Under the pieces are notes generated by a model. The model was not told the origin of the DNA. It saw only the letters and a program-made list of their open reading frames with translations, and ran no database searches. The position numbers were made by a program, and so were the translations under genes. Positions 20,182-30,114 of a DNA stretch of 64,000 bases are shown here, piece by piece. The stretch covers positions 345,193 to 409,192 of the forward strand of contig CANLOW010000003.1 in the NCBI GenBank assembly GCA_947493035.1, read 5' to 3'. This DNA is from an uncultured Aquimarina sp. (GTDB lineage: Bacteria > Bacteroidota > Bacteroidia > Flavobacteriales > Flavobacteriaceae). The stretch's first letter is position 1, and each line of letters opens with the position of its first letter.

Positions 20182-20988
20182 GTGAAACAAAAGATTCATG
20201 ATATCATTTTTAAGACCAATACTAAAGAAAGTTTAATCTTCGATTTAGTATTATTAATACTTATCATTATTAGTGTTGCTCTTGTAATGCTAGAAAGTGT
20301 TGAATCATTAAATGACAAATATGAACAGCTTTTTGATATTGCTGAATGGGTAATAACTTCATTATTTTTAACAGAATATATTTTACGGATATGGACATCT
20401 AACAAGCCCATCAAATATATATTTAGCACTCTAGGTATTATTGACTTTCTTTCTGTAATACCCATGTTTGTTTCTTTCTTTTTTGTTGGAACCAATGCAC
20501 TACTCACTCTTAGGGCATTGCGTTTACTACGCGTATTTAGACTCCTTAAGCTTGCTAGATACATTAACGAATCCAATAAATTAGTGGCTTCGCTAAAAGC
20601 TAGTAAAGCCAAGATTTCCGTTTTTTTATTAGCTGTTATCGTACTATGTATTGTACTCGGAACCATCATGTATCTGATTGAAGGTGCCGAAAATGGTTTT
20701 ACAAGTATTCCTAGAAGCGTTTACTGGTGCATCGTAACGCTTACTACGGTTGGCTTTGGTGATATCGCTCCAGGTACTCCTCTGGGACAATTTATTGCCG
20801 CTTTAATCATGATCCTAGGTTATGGAATCATAGCGGTGCCTACTGGCATTGTAAGTGCTGAATATGTGCAACAATCCAAAACAGAGGCAGCAAGTCACTG
20901 TTGTGATGAATGTGGCGCGCATAAGATTACAAAACACGCTGCTTATTGTTATGTTTGCGGAGAAGCTTTTGAAGAAGATGAAGAATAA
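20182..20988 (+). CDS. Ion transporter (voltage-gated K+ channel-like)
   Basis: S4 RALRLLRVFRLLKLARY, pore TTVGFGD, C-terminal CDEC...CYVC. Confidence 0.9.
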   Translation: MKQKIHDIIFKTNTKESLIFDLVLLILIIISVALVMLESVESLNDKYEQLFDIAEWVITSLFLTEYILRIWTSNKPIKYIFSTLGIIDFLSVIPMFVSFFFVGTNALLTLRALRLLRVFRLLKLARYINESNKLVASLKASKAKISVFLLAVIVLCIVLGTIMYLIEGAENGFTSIPRSVYWCIVTLTTVGFGDIAPGTPLGQFIAALIMILGYGIIAVPTGIVSAEYVQQSKTEAASHCCDECGAHKITKHAAYCYVCGEAFEEDEE

Positions 20989-21871
20989 GCAATTAATTGT
21001 TGTTGTAGGCCCTACTGCTATAGGTAAAACTGCTTTAGGAATTAAATTAGCACAACACTACCACACCGAAATTATTTCAGCAGATAGCCGTCAATTTTTT
21101 AAAGAAATGGCAATTGGTACTGCCGTACCCGATCAGGATGAATTAGCTGCTGCCAAACATCATTTTATTCAACATATATCTGTAGAGGAGCATTATAGCA
21201 TTGGAGATTTTGAAAAAGAAGCTATTTATAAAATTGAAGAGCTGTTCAAAAAGCATGATACTTTAATTATGGTAGGTGGCTCTGGAATGTATGTAGATGC
21301 TGTTTGCAATGGTATTGACGAATTCCCTGAAGTTCCTGTTAACATTAAGCAAGAAGTTCAAGATATTTTTGACAATCAAGGTTTGGATAGTCTTTGTGAT
21401 ATATTGAAAGAAAAAGATCCTATTCATTATAATAATGTAGCATTACAAAATCCTCAGCGAGTAATGCGTGCTGTAGCTGTCTGTTTGGCTAGCGGACAAC
21501 CTTACTCCTCCTTCCTAAAGAAGCATAATACTCAAAGATCTTTTGATATTATAAAAATAGGTATCCAAGCAGATCGAGAAATCATCTACGATCGTATCAA
21601 TCAACGTGTAGACATCATGATCGATAATGGGTTATTAACAGAAGTAAAATCATTAATTCCATTTAAGGATCTTAATGCTCTGAATACTGTTGGTTATAAA
21701 GAACTATTCAATTATTTCGATGGTGAATGGGATTTGGAGTTTGCTATTTCAGAAATTAAGAAAAATACTCGAAGATTTGCTAAACGACAACTTACTTGGT
21801 ATAGAAAAGATGATAGTATCAAATGGATTCCATTTGATTACACTTTAGAAATGGTTCTTCAAAAATTATAG
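20978..21871 (+). CDS. miaA: tRNA dimethylallyltransferase
   Basis: VVGPTAIGKT, SADSRQ, VGGSGMY, RRFAKRQLTW; ATG at 20978 (MKNKQL) is in frame with the track ORF. Confidence 0.96.
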   Translation: MKNKQLIVVVGPTAIGKTALGIKLAQHYHTEIISADSRQFFKEMAIGTAVPDQDELAAAKHHFIQHISVEEHYSIGDFEKEAIYKIEELFKKHDTLIMVGGSGMYVDAVCNGIDEFPEVPVNIKQEVQDIFDNQGLDSLCDILKEKDPIHYNNVALQNPQRVMRAVAVCLASGQPYSSFLKKHNTQRSFDIIKIGIQADREIIYDRINQRVDIMIDNGLLTEVKSLIPFKDLNALNTVGYKELFNYFDGEWDLEFAISEIKKNTRRFAKRQLTWYRKDDSIKWIPFDYTLEMVLQKL

Positions 21872-22012
21872 AAATAATTGACTCTCTACTAAGAGTAAGG
21901 AAGCTATATCATCAACACTGTTTATACAGAAACCCATACAGGATTAAGTTCTATTTTTAAACAATAAATGTTTAGCAAAATTAGTTATACATTAATAATT
22001 AAATCTTAAATC

Positions 22013-22465
22013 ATGATAAATCAAATATCAAAAGTGTTCTTTATATTTTTTGCATCAATAATTTGCCTCACTTCTTGTTCTAGTGATGACGACAATAAAA
22101 AAAATAACGACAACAATTCTAGTAGCAATACTATTGTTGAACTTCCCGAAAATGATTTAGGTACTTATAAGGGTGTTTTGTTTTCCGATACCATAAATAA
22201 CGGAGATGCCATTGTTACTCTTTCTAAATCAGGAGATAAATCTTATACCGCAGATTTTAATGACGATATAGCTTCTATTGCAGATGTTCAATTTATTGCT
22301 GCTCCTGATTCTGTTCCTAATAATATATTCTCAACTACAGTTGATGCCTTAAATAATAGAGGCATTGCGTTTACACTGATAGATGATAATGAAGGAAATC
22401 GATCACTAACAATTACCCAAGAAATTGGAAACAACACCATTACATTTACTGGAAGGTTACAATAA
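22013..22465 (+). CDS. Hypothetical lipoprotein
   Basis: Lipobox CLTSC followed by SSDDD and an Asn-rich linker. Confidence 0.7.
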   Translation: MINQISKVFFIFFASIICLTSCSSDDDNKKNNDNNSSSNTIVELPENDLGTYKGVLFSDTINNGDAIVTLSKSGDKSYTADFNDDIASIADVQFIAAPDSVPNNIFSTTVDALNNRGIAFTLIDDNEGNRSLTITQEIGNNTITFTGRLQ

Positions 22466-22778
22466 TGACAATACTTTTTGTTCACAATTTATTACACTCC
22501 AAACCCTCATTAAATACAAACGATACTGTAAAATAATAGTCGACTCATTTTTAGTTTACTATTTTATAGTGAATTGCTACTTGTTTTATTACAATGACAA
22601 TTCATGTCACATAGAGCTACAAGACCTAAAACCCATAACCACAAAACACTCAACTACAGTGACTTAAATTACACACAATAAATTCTTAAAATTCCTACAA
22701 AATTGCATTTTATCGCAATTATTTGTTTTTTAACCTATAAAAACATATTTTTGTATTCAACAATTATCAGCCCCCAAT

Positions 22779-24863
22779 ATGAATACGAAAAGGTTTTCGG
22801 ATAAATCGATTAACATAACAAATCATTTATTCATTTTCACTACACTATTTTTTTTATTTACCTACTCATATTCAAAGACGTGGTATATCAATAAAAATCA
22901 AAATGCTTATCACTTACAATCACTAATCAACAATGCTACTGATGGTGATGTTATTTATTTTGTTGACGGAACAGAATATTTTATGGGAGACACAACGATC
23001 CTAGTTGATAAAGGCATTACATTCTTAGGATATACACCTAAAGGACATAATGAAAAAATTAGAGGAGCCTCAGGTATTCAAACTAATTTAACCAATGTTA
23101 TCTCTTTCCTTATTCGCTCAGATAATGTAAAATTTAATAACATTAAAATAAGTGCTGTAAACAATGATGTTGTATTAATAGACGCTCGTTCACAACGTTA
23201 TATAGACAATTTCACTACACCTGGATACACAGCAGATGACCAATACACTGGTATTTCATTCAACAACGTAGAATTGAATGGTGGTTTTTACAGCTGTTTT
23301 GCAGGAAATGGTATGCAAGTAGACTTTAAAAATGTTTCATTCTTAGATTTTGGTAGAATAGGGTATATTAATGACAGAAGAACTCGTGTAAACGGTACGA
23401 AAATGGCTACTTTTTTCCGTTGTCATTTCGAACCTAAAAAACCTACAGGTACATTTGGTTTTGATTCTAGAGGAATTTCTTTTGATGCTGGAAACACCTC
23501 TTACCCTGTTGTATGGAGCGGAGAAGGAAGCTACATTATAGAATGTGATTTTATAAATACTGGTGTTGCTTTTTCTCGTATCAAAAATATCAATATTAGC
23601 GCTAATACTTTTACAGACAATACTGCTTTTGTAGATATGATTCATATTGAAGAATTTTCAAACGATATGCTAATCTCCTGGAATCAATTTAATTGTAATG
23701 CCGCTTCTACTAGAGAAAAGGGTGATTTTGAAAGAAGTAGAATTATTACTTTAGATAGCGAATTACAAGCGGTTACTGATATTACTATTAAGAATAATAC
23801 AGCTACTGGAGAATACAATTTTTTCGTTAATGGATATGCACCCACCAATGTAACGATTACTGAAAATAATTTCACAAAGGCTTTTCCTTTCAATGCTAGT
23901 ATTATTGATTTCAGATATTATGAAAATTATAAAAAAGTAGGAGAAACTATTGATGAAAATCAAGAATTCATTTCTAGAAATGTAACCATCACTGGAAATA
24001 CTGGATTTAAAAATTGGGATAAAGAAATAAGAATTAATATCCCTAAAAATGGGAAAGGTAATACCATCGACAGTAACCAATTTTCAACAGGAAAAGTAAA
24101 ACTTAATTCTGTACCAAATCCTACCCCATTAAGAGGTACAGCTATATATGAAATCGTAAACGCTGGAAATACTTCAAAAAAATTAGCTAGTGATGGATCT
24201 GCTTTCGGTATTGAAACAAATAGTAATACTGGAAATGCTACAAAATGGGAAATTACATGGGTACCTCCCTATTATTACACTATTAAAAACTTGAGTAACA
24301 ATAAATATTTAGAAACTCATAAAGGCTATACTGAAAAAGAAATTTTAGATGGAGCTGAAGAAAATGTTCGCCCATTTGTAGCGTATCAAGCTGAAGATCT
24401 ACCTAAATGGATTTTAAGAAAAACGGATTACGACGGTTTATTTAAAATTTTACCAGCAGGAAACGAAAAACAATCTGTATTGTCAATGAATGGAAGTGAT
24501 GTTAAATTAATTATGCATAAAAAATTCAATGACGATGATACTAGATCGATCAAAGAGCCTAATAATTTTGGAAAGTGGTGGGTTAATCCTTCTAATGCAG
24601 CGAAAGCAATCTCAGTACAAGAAAACTCTTTAGATGGATTACGTATAACTCCAAATGTAATTGATGATATAGCTACACTTTATTTTGAAGATGAAACTAC
24701 CCCTGTAATTACAGTTAATATATATAACACCCTTGGAGCCTTAGTTAAACAAGAACGTATTAATGCATATACTAATAATGCTATTGATGTTTCTAAGTTG
24801 GCTAGCGGAGTCTATATAGTACAAACATCAAATGATTTAGTTGAAAAAATCATTATTAACTAA
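22779..24863 (+). CDS. T9SS-secreted protein: parallel beta-helix + ricin-type lectin-like + T9SS C-terminal domain
   Basis: LQSLINNATDGDVIYF cap, repeated I(T/S)xNxF beta-helix motifs, YTIKNLSNNKYLE/KW trefoil motifs, C-terminal IYNTLGALVK...LASGVYIV...KIIIN. Confidence 0.75.
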   Translation: MNTKRFSDKSINITNHLFIFTTLFFLFTYSYSKTWYINKNQNAYHLQSLINNATDGDVIYFVDGTEYFMGDTTILVDKGITFLGYTPKGHNEKIRGASGIQTNLTNVISFLIRSDNVKFNNIKISAVNNDVVLIDARSQRYIDNFTTPGYTADDQYTGISFNNVELNGGFYSCFAGNGMQVDFKNVSFLDFGRIGYINDRRTRVNGTKMATFFRCHFEPKKPTGTFGFDSRGISFDAGNTSYPVVWSGEGSYIIECDFINTGVAFSRIKNINISANTFTDNTAFVDMIHIEEFSNDMLISWNQFNCNAASTREKGDFERSRIITLDSELQAVTDITIKNNTATGEYNFFVNGYAPTNVTITENNFTKAFPFNASIIDFRYYENYKKVGETIDENQEFISRNVTITGNTGFKNWDKEIRINIPKNGKGNTIDSNQFSTGKVKLNSVPNPTPLRGTAIYEIVNAGNTSKKLASDGSAFGIETNSNTGNATKWEITWVPPYYYTIKNLSNNKYLETHKGYTEKEILDGAEENVRPFVAYQAEDLPKWILRKTDYDGLFKILPAGNEKQSVLSMNGSDVKLIMHKKFNDDDTRSIKEPNNFGKWWVNPSNAAKAISVQENSLDGLRITPNVIDDIATLYFEDETTPVITVNIYNTLGALVKQERINAYTNNAIDVSKLASGVYIVQTSNDLVEKIIIN

Positions 24864-24898
24864 TAATATTCAATTAACTAAACTTTTGCTCAAAATAC

Positions 24899-24925
24899 AA
24901 GCTCGACAATTGTCGGGCTTTTTTT
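24899..24925 (+). terminator. Intrinsic terminator
   Basis: AAGCTCGACA-at-TGTCGGGCTT plus T-tract, after the 24863 stop. Confidence 0.85.
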
Positions 24926-24935
24926 ATGTATACAT

Positions 24936-24943
24936 TATCTTTG
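24936..24943 (+). promoter_or_regulatory. Promoter -7 element (probably leaderless transcript)
   Basis: TATCTTTG only 4 nt before the ATG at 24948. Confidence 0.6.
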
Positions 24944-24947
24944 TAGT

Positions 24948-25748
24948 ATGATTACAAAAAGGATAGAAAGTCCACAAAACCCACACATAAAAAAGATATC
25001 TCAACTACAAGAGAAATCTAGAAGTCGAAAAAAAGAGGGAATATTTGTTATAGAAGGTATTCAAGAAGTTGAATTAGCCTTATCTAATAACTATAATATC
25101 TTAGAGGTATTAATTTGTGAAGAAATTACAGCATTCGATCAGCTACCTTCATCAATTAACGAACTTTCAGTTCGATTTACATCGATCAATAAAGCCGTTT
25201 ATGAAAAAGTAGCTTACAGGACATCTACAGAAGGTATCATAGCTATTGCAGAATCTAAAGAACATCATCTTACTTCTTTAGGCTTAACATCTACACAGCC
25301 TTTGGTACTAGTGGCTGAAGCCCCTGAAAAACCAGGTAATATTGGAGCACTTCTGCGAACCGCTGATGCAGCTAATGTAGATGCTGTTATTATAGCAAAC
25401 CCTAAAACTGATCTTTATAATCCTAATATTATTCGTTCGAGTGTTGGTTGTTTATTCACCACCAACATCGCTACAGGCACTACTGAAGAAATCATTACTT
25501 TTCTTAAAGAAAAAAACATCAATATATACAGTGCCATACTCCAAGAGGCACTACCCTATCAAACTCAAGATTACACATCGGCTTCCGCTATCATTGTTGG
25601 TACTGAACATGATGGATTGAGTGAAGCTTGGCGTAATGCTAGCAAACAAAACATTATTATACCTATGTCTGGTGCGGTTGACTCATTAAATGTTTCTGTA
25701 GCGGCAGGAATACTAATTTTTGAGGCCAAAAGACAACGTGGGTTTTAA
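24948..25748 (+). CDS. TrmH/SpoU family RNA methyltransferase (with substrate-binding N-domain)
   Basis: FVIEG, EKPGNIGALLRTADA, VGTEHDGLS, IPMSGAVDSLNVSVAA. Confidence 0.92.
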   Translation: MITKRIESPQNPHIKKISQLQEKSRSRKKEGIFVIEGIQEVELALSNNYNILEVLICEEITAFDQLPSSINELSVRFTSINKAVYEKVAYRTSTEGIIAIAESKEHHLTSLGLTSTQPLVLVAEAPEKPGNIGALLRTADAANVDAVIIANPKTDLYNPNIIRSSVGCLFTTNIATGTTEEIITFLKEKNINIYSAILQEALPYQTQDYTSASAIIVGTEHDGLSEAWRNASKQNIIIPMSGAVDSLNVSVAAGILIFEAKRQRGF

Positions 25749-25856
25749 TGCAATTTGTATTTTCGTCAAAATTATTTAACAGAGATCTATTGATGTTATT
25801 TTTAGAGTTTTTCTCTTTAATAAATCTTTGTTTCTCTCAAGCGCTAACTTTTACAT

Positions 25857-27089
25857 ATGAATCCTCACACTATATTTTATATACTTATTGGTATCATCTT
25901 AGTCAATTTCATTATTGATCAAGTTTTAGATAATCTAAATGCTAAAAACTTCGATGCCAAACTGCCTGAAGAATTAAAAGATGTTTATCCCGAAGACGAG
26001 TATCGAAAGTCTATGGAGTATAAAAAAACAAATCATCATTTTAGTACAATTACTTCTTTCTTTTCATTAAGTGTTACCTTATTATTTTTCTTTTTAGGAG
26101 GATTTAAATGGGTTAATGACATAGCGACAAGTATAAGTGATAATCCGATTATCATTGGACTTATCTTTTTTGGAATCATTATGCTGGGTAGTGATATCAT
26201 CAATACTCCTTTTGGATTCTATAAAAACTTTGTTATCGAAGAAAAATTCGGATTCAATAAGATGACAAAAGCTACTTTCTTTTTAGATAAAATAAAAGGC
26301 TTGTTAATGATGGCTATTGTAGGTGGTGGAATTCTAGCTTTAATTATTTGGTTTTATGGCATCGCTGGACCAGGGTTTTGGCTTTACGCATGGGCTTTAG
26401 TTGCTGTATTTTCACTATTGATGAATATGTTTTATGCTAAATTGATAGTTCCCCTATTTAATAAACAAACTCCTTTAGAAGAAGGTAGTTTAAGAAATAA
26501 AATAGAAGCCTACGGTAATAAAGTAGGCTTCAAACTTGACAAAATATTTGTTATCGATGGATCAAAACGAAGCACAAAAGCAAATGCTTATTTTTCTGGT
26601 TTTGGAAGTGAAAAGCGTGTTACACTATTCGATACCTTAATCAATGACCTAGATGAAGATGAAATTGTAGCTGTTTTTGCACACGAGGTTGGACATTACA
26701 AACGAAAGCATATCATTTCTAATCTTGTATTATCAACTTTACTAACAGGGTTTACATTATGGCTCCTTTCATTCTTTGTTTCTAGTCCTGCACTTTCTGC
26801 AGCACTAGGTGTTGAAGTTCCTACATTTCATATCGGACTTATTGCTTTTGGAATTTTGTATACTCCGATTTCTGAAATTACAGGATTATTGATGAATTTA
26901 TTATCTCGAAAATTCGAATACCAAGCTGATAATTATGCAAAAGAAACGTTCGCAGCTGAACCTTTAGTAACAAGTCTAAAGAAGCTTTCTAAAAATAGCT
27001 TGAGTAATTTGACACCTCACCCAGCTTATGAATTTTATCATTACTCACATCCTTCATTAGTAAAACGTATACGCAACCTTAGAAATTAA
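25857..27089 (+). CDS. M48 family (Ste24-like) membrane metallopeptidase
   Basis: DGSKRSTKANAYFSG, HEVGH, SRKFEYQAD, HPS. Confidence 0.93.
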   Translation: MNPHTIFYILIGIILVNFIIDQVLDNLNAKNFDAKLPEELKDVYPEDEYRKSMEYKKTNHHFSTITSFFSLSVTLLFFFLGGFKWVNDIATSISDNPIIIGLIFFGIIMLGSDIINTPFGFYKNFVIEEKFGFNKMTKATFFLDKIKGLLMMAIVGGGILALIIWFYGIAGPGFWLYAWALVAVFSLLMNMFYAKLIVPLFNKQTPLEEGSLRNKIEAYGNKVGFKLDKIFVIDGSKRSTKANAYFSGFGSEKRVTLFDTLINDLDEDEIVAVFAHEVGHYKRKHIISNLVLSTLLTGFTLWLLSFFVSSPALSAALGVEVPTFHIGLIAFGILYTPISEITGLLMNLLSRKFEYQADNYAKETFAAEPLVTSLKKLSKNSLSNLTPHPAYEFYHYSHPSLVKRIRNLRN

Positions 27090-27302
27090 ATTTCGATAAA
27101 AAGTAGCTATTTGTTCACTTGCTGATAGATTAATATCAATAAACTTGATTTGAACCTAGCAGGCATTTAGAAAAAATGAAACCTTAATTTCTAAACAAAC
27201 CTTAACGGTATTATATAGTCTTTGACGCTCATCAATAATTTACCCTAACTTTTATGTAAGAAAATTCGCTGTTCTTCATTCCAAATTTGTAAATTTAAGT
27301 TT

Positions 27303-29519
27303 ATGACAGAAGTACAGATCGAAGAAGAAAATAAGCAAATTGCTAAAGCATACAAAGAGCTTTTACAAATCAGTTACCGTAGTCTTAGTGATGATGATAA
27401 AAAACTGATTAGAACGGCTTTTGATACTGCTGTAGATGCACATAAAGAGCAACGAAGAAAAAGTGGTGAAGCTTATATTTTTCATCCTATTGCTGTAGCT
27501 AAGATTGTAGCTAGCGAGATCGGGTTAGATGCGACCTCTATTGCTGCTGCGTTACTTCATGATGTCGTAGAGGATACCGATTACACCCTAAATGATCTTG
27601 AAAGATTATGTGGTGAGACGGTCGCTAAAATTGTCGATGGACTCACCAAAATTTCCATGCTCGATAAGGATGAAGAAAAACCTATTTCTCTTCAAGCTGA
27701 AAATTATCGAAAATTATTACTGACAATGAACGATGATATCCGTGTGATCATCATCAAAATTGCAGATCGTTTGCACAACATGCAAACCATGGGATCAATG
27801 CGTCCAGACAAACAAGTCAAAATTGCCTCCGAAACTCTATACATCTATGCCCCTCTTGCACATCGAATAGGTTTATATAACATCAAAAATGAATTAGAAG
27901 ATCTTGGGTTAAAATATACGGAACCTGAAGTCTTTAACGACATTGAGCAAAAGATCGCCGAAACAAAAGAGGAACAACAAGAATACATTCAAAAATTCTC
28001 TAATAAAATAGAGTCTGGCTTAGAGAAAGAAGGCTTACATTTTCAAATTAAGGGAAGGCATAAATCCATTTATTCTATCCGAAAAAAAATGGTCAAACAA
28101 AATGTTAGCTTCGAAGAAGTCTATGACAAGTTTGCCATTCGTATTATATATAAGTCTGACCCAGCAAATGAAAAATTATTAGCTTGGAAAATTTATAGCA
28201 TTGTCACTGATTATTTTCGCCCAAACCCATTGCGAATGCGCGATTGGATTTCTTTTCCTAAAAGTAATGGATACGAATCATTACACATTACAGTAATAGG
28301 TCCTGAAAATAAATGGGTAGAAGTTCAAATTCGTAGTGATCGTATGCATGAAATTGCTGAAAAAGGATATGCTGCACACTATAAATACAAGAACACTACA
28401 GATAAAGGAGATCATTCTTTAGATTCTTGGTTAGATAAACTTAAGGAAGCTCTTGAAAATAATGAAACCAATGCGGTTGATTTTGTTGAAGAATTTAAAC
28501 TAAACTTACATGCCAAGGAAATATTTGTATTTACCCCAAAAGGAGATATCAAATCGCTACCTAAAGGCGCAACTGTACTCGATTTTAGTTTTAGCATACA
28601 TACGGAGATTGGAGCCAGAACACGAGGTGCAAAAATAAATGGTAAACTAGTCCCTCTTAATCACGAATTAATTAGTGGTGACCAAGTAGAAATCATGACC
28701 TCAAGTACCGCTAAACCTACTCAACATTGGTTAAACTACGTTACTACAGGAAGAGCTCGAACAAAGATCAAAGCTTCTTTAAATGAAGAACGTAAGTTGA
28801 TTGCACAAGAAGGTAAAGTAATGTTAAGGCGTAAGCTTAAAACACTTAAAATTGTACTTAACGAAAAAACTATCAATGAACTTGTACGTTTCTGTGATTT
28901 AAAAACTAGTCAAGACCTATTCTATCGTGTAGGGCTTGGTACTATCGATAACAAAACTATCAAAGACTTCGTTGCTTCCAGAAGTAATACTTTTGTCAAT
29001 TTCTTTAAAAACAAATTAAGAAAAAGTAGTTCAGAGCAGGCTGAAATAGATAACACTGAAATCACAGATCAGTATGACCTTATTGTCTTTGGAAAAGAAG
29101 AAAATAAATTAAATTATAAATTAGCCCAATGTTGTAATCCTATTGCAGGCGATAGTGTTTTTGGTTTTTTAACAATAAATGAAGGTATAAAAATACACAA
29201 GCATACTTGCCCAAATTCTTTGCAATTACAAAGCAATTTTGCTTATCGCGTACTTTCTGCCAAATGGATAGATTCTACCCAAATAGAATATAAAACGGAA
29301 TTACGTCTTTCCGGAATTGATAACATGGGATTAGTCAACGAAGTCACTAAAGTTATTTCTAATGAAATGCATGTAAATATTTATAGCCTTGCTTTTAATA
29401 GTAATAGTGGCGTTTTTGAAGGGAAAATAACCGTTGGTGTAAAAAACAAAGCGCTTTTAAAACAATTAACTACAAAACTTAATAAAATTCAAGGTATTGA
29501 AAAAATTAGTAGAGTATAA
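27303..29519 (+). CDS. rel: Bifunctional (p)ppGpp synthetase/hydrolase (long RSH)
   Basis: HPIAVA, LLHDVVEDT hydrolase, GRHKSIYSI/EVQIRS synthetase, TGS, CCNP zinc finger, C-terminal ACT domain. Confidence 0.95.
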   Translation: MTEVQIEEENKQIAKAYKELLQISYRSLSDDDKKLIRTAFDTAVDAHKEQRRKSGEAYIFHPIAVAKIVASEIGLDATSIAAALLHDVVEDTDYTLNDLERLCGETVAKIVDGLTKISMLDKDEEKPISLQAENYRKLLLTMNDDIRVIIIKIADRLHNMQTMGSMRPDKQVKIASETLYIYAPLAHRIGLYNIKNELEDLGLKYTEPEVFNDIEQKIAETKEEQQEYIQKFSNKIESGLEKEGLHFQIKGRHKSIYSIRKKMVKQNVSFEEVYDKFAIRIIYKSDPANEKLLAWKIYSIVTDYFRPNPLRMRDWISFPKSNGYESLHITVIGPENKWVEVQIRSDRMHEIAEKGYAAHYKYKNTTDKGDHSLDSWLDKLKEALENNETNAVDFVEEFKLNLHAKEIFVFTPKGDIKSLPKGATVLDFSFSIHTEIGARTRGAKINGKLVPLNHELISGDQVEIMTSSTAKPTQHWLNYVTTGRARTKIKASLNEERKLIAQEGKVMLRRKLKTLKIVLNEKTINELVRFCDLKTSQDLFYRVGLGTIDNKTIKDFVASRSNTFVNFFKNKLRKSSSEQAEIDNTEITDQYDLIVFGKEENKLNYKLAQCCNPIAGDSVFGFLTINEGIKIHKHTCPNSLQLQSNFAYRVLSAKWIDSTQIEYKTELRLSGIDNMGLVNEVTKVISNEMHVNIYSLAFNSNSGVFEGKITVGVKNKALLKQLTTKLNKIQGIEKISRV

Positions 29520-29628
29520 ACTGTAATGATTTACTTATTTACGCCACTATTAACAAATCGTGGTGTAACTATACTAATAACTTTCTAAATTTTAGTTCCA
29601 CAATCGTTTTCACTCCTAAATAAAATGC

Positions 29629-29636
29629 TAAATTTG
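29629..29636 (+). promoter_or_regulatory. Promoter -7 element of fur-purA
   Basis: TAAATTTG 16 nt before the fur ATG. Confidence 0.6.
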
Positions 29637-29652
29637 CATCTTTTAGTTCGCT

Positions 29653-30111
29653 ATGCATTCAGAAAAAAGCAAATTAAGTGACCAAGATGTAGTCAAAGAA
29701 GTGTTTACTAGTTTTTTAGAAGACCACAAACACCGAAAAACTCCTGAAAGGTATGCTATTCTTCAAGAGATTTACGAGAATGACGATCATTTCGACATTG
29801 AATCGTTATATATCAATATGAAGAACAAAAATTATCGTGTTAGTCGTGCTACACTTTACAATACTATCGAATTATTGATGGAATGTAAATTAGTACGTAA
29901 ACATCAATTTGGTCAAAATCTTGCTCAATATGAGAAATCTTATTTTGACCGTCAACACGATCATTTGATCTTGACTGATTCTGGAGAAGTATTAGAATTC
30001 TGTGATCCTAGAATTCAGCAAATTAAAAAGACAATAGAAGAAATTTTCGATGTTACCATAAGCAATCATTCATTGTATTTTTATGGTACCAAAAACAAAA
30101 CAAACGAGTAA
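29653..30111 (+). CDS. fur: Fur family transcriptional regulator
   Basis: [30 protein letters not shown]; conserved next to purA in flavobacteria. Confidence 0.85.
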   Translation: MHSEKSKLSDQDVVKEVFTSFLEDHKHRKTPERYAILQEIYENDDHFDIESLYINMKNKNYRVSRATLYNTIELLMECKLVRKHQFGQNLAQYEKSYFDRQHDHLILTDSGEVLEFCDPRIQQIKKTIEEIFDVTISNHSLYFYGTKNKTNE

Positions 30112-30114
30112 CGG

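Noticed and set aside
22425-22667. 80-aa ORF and a TGACAATTCA motif in the intergenic region
   Set aside because: Low-complexity composition and overlap with the lipoprotein gene; the motif has no partner at 20-21 bp
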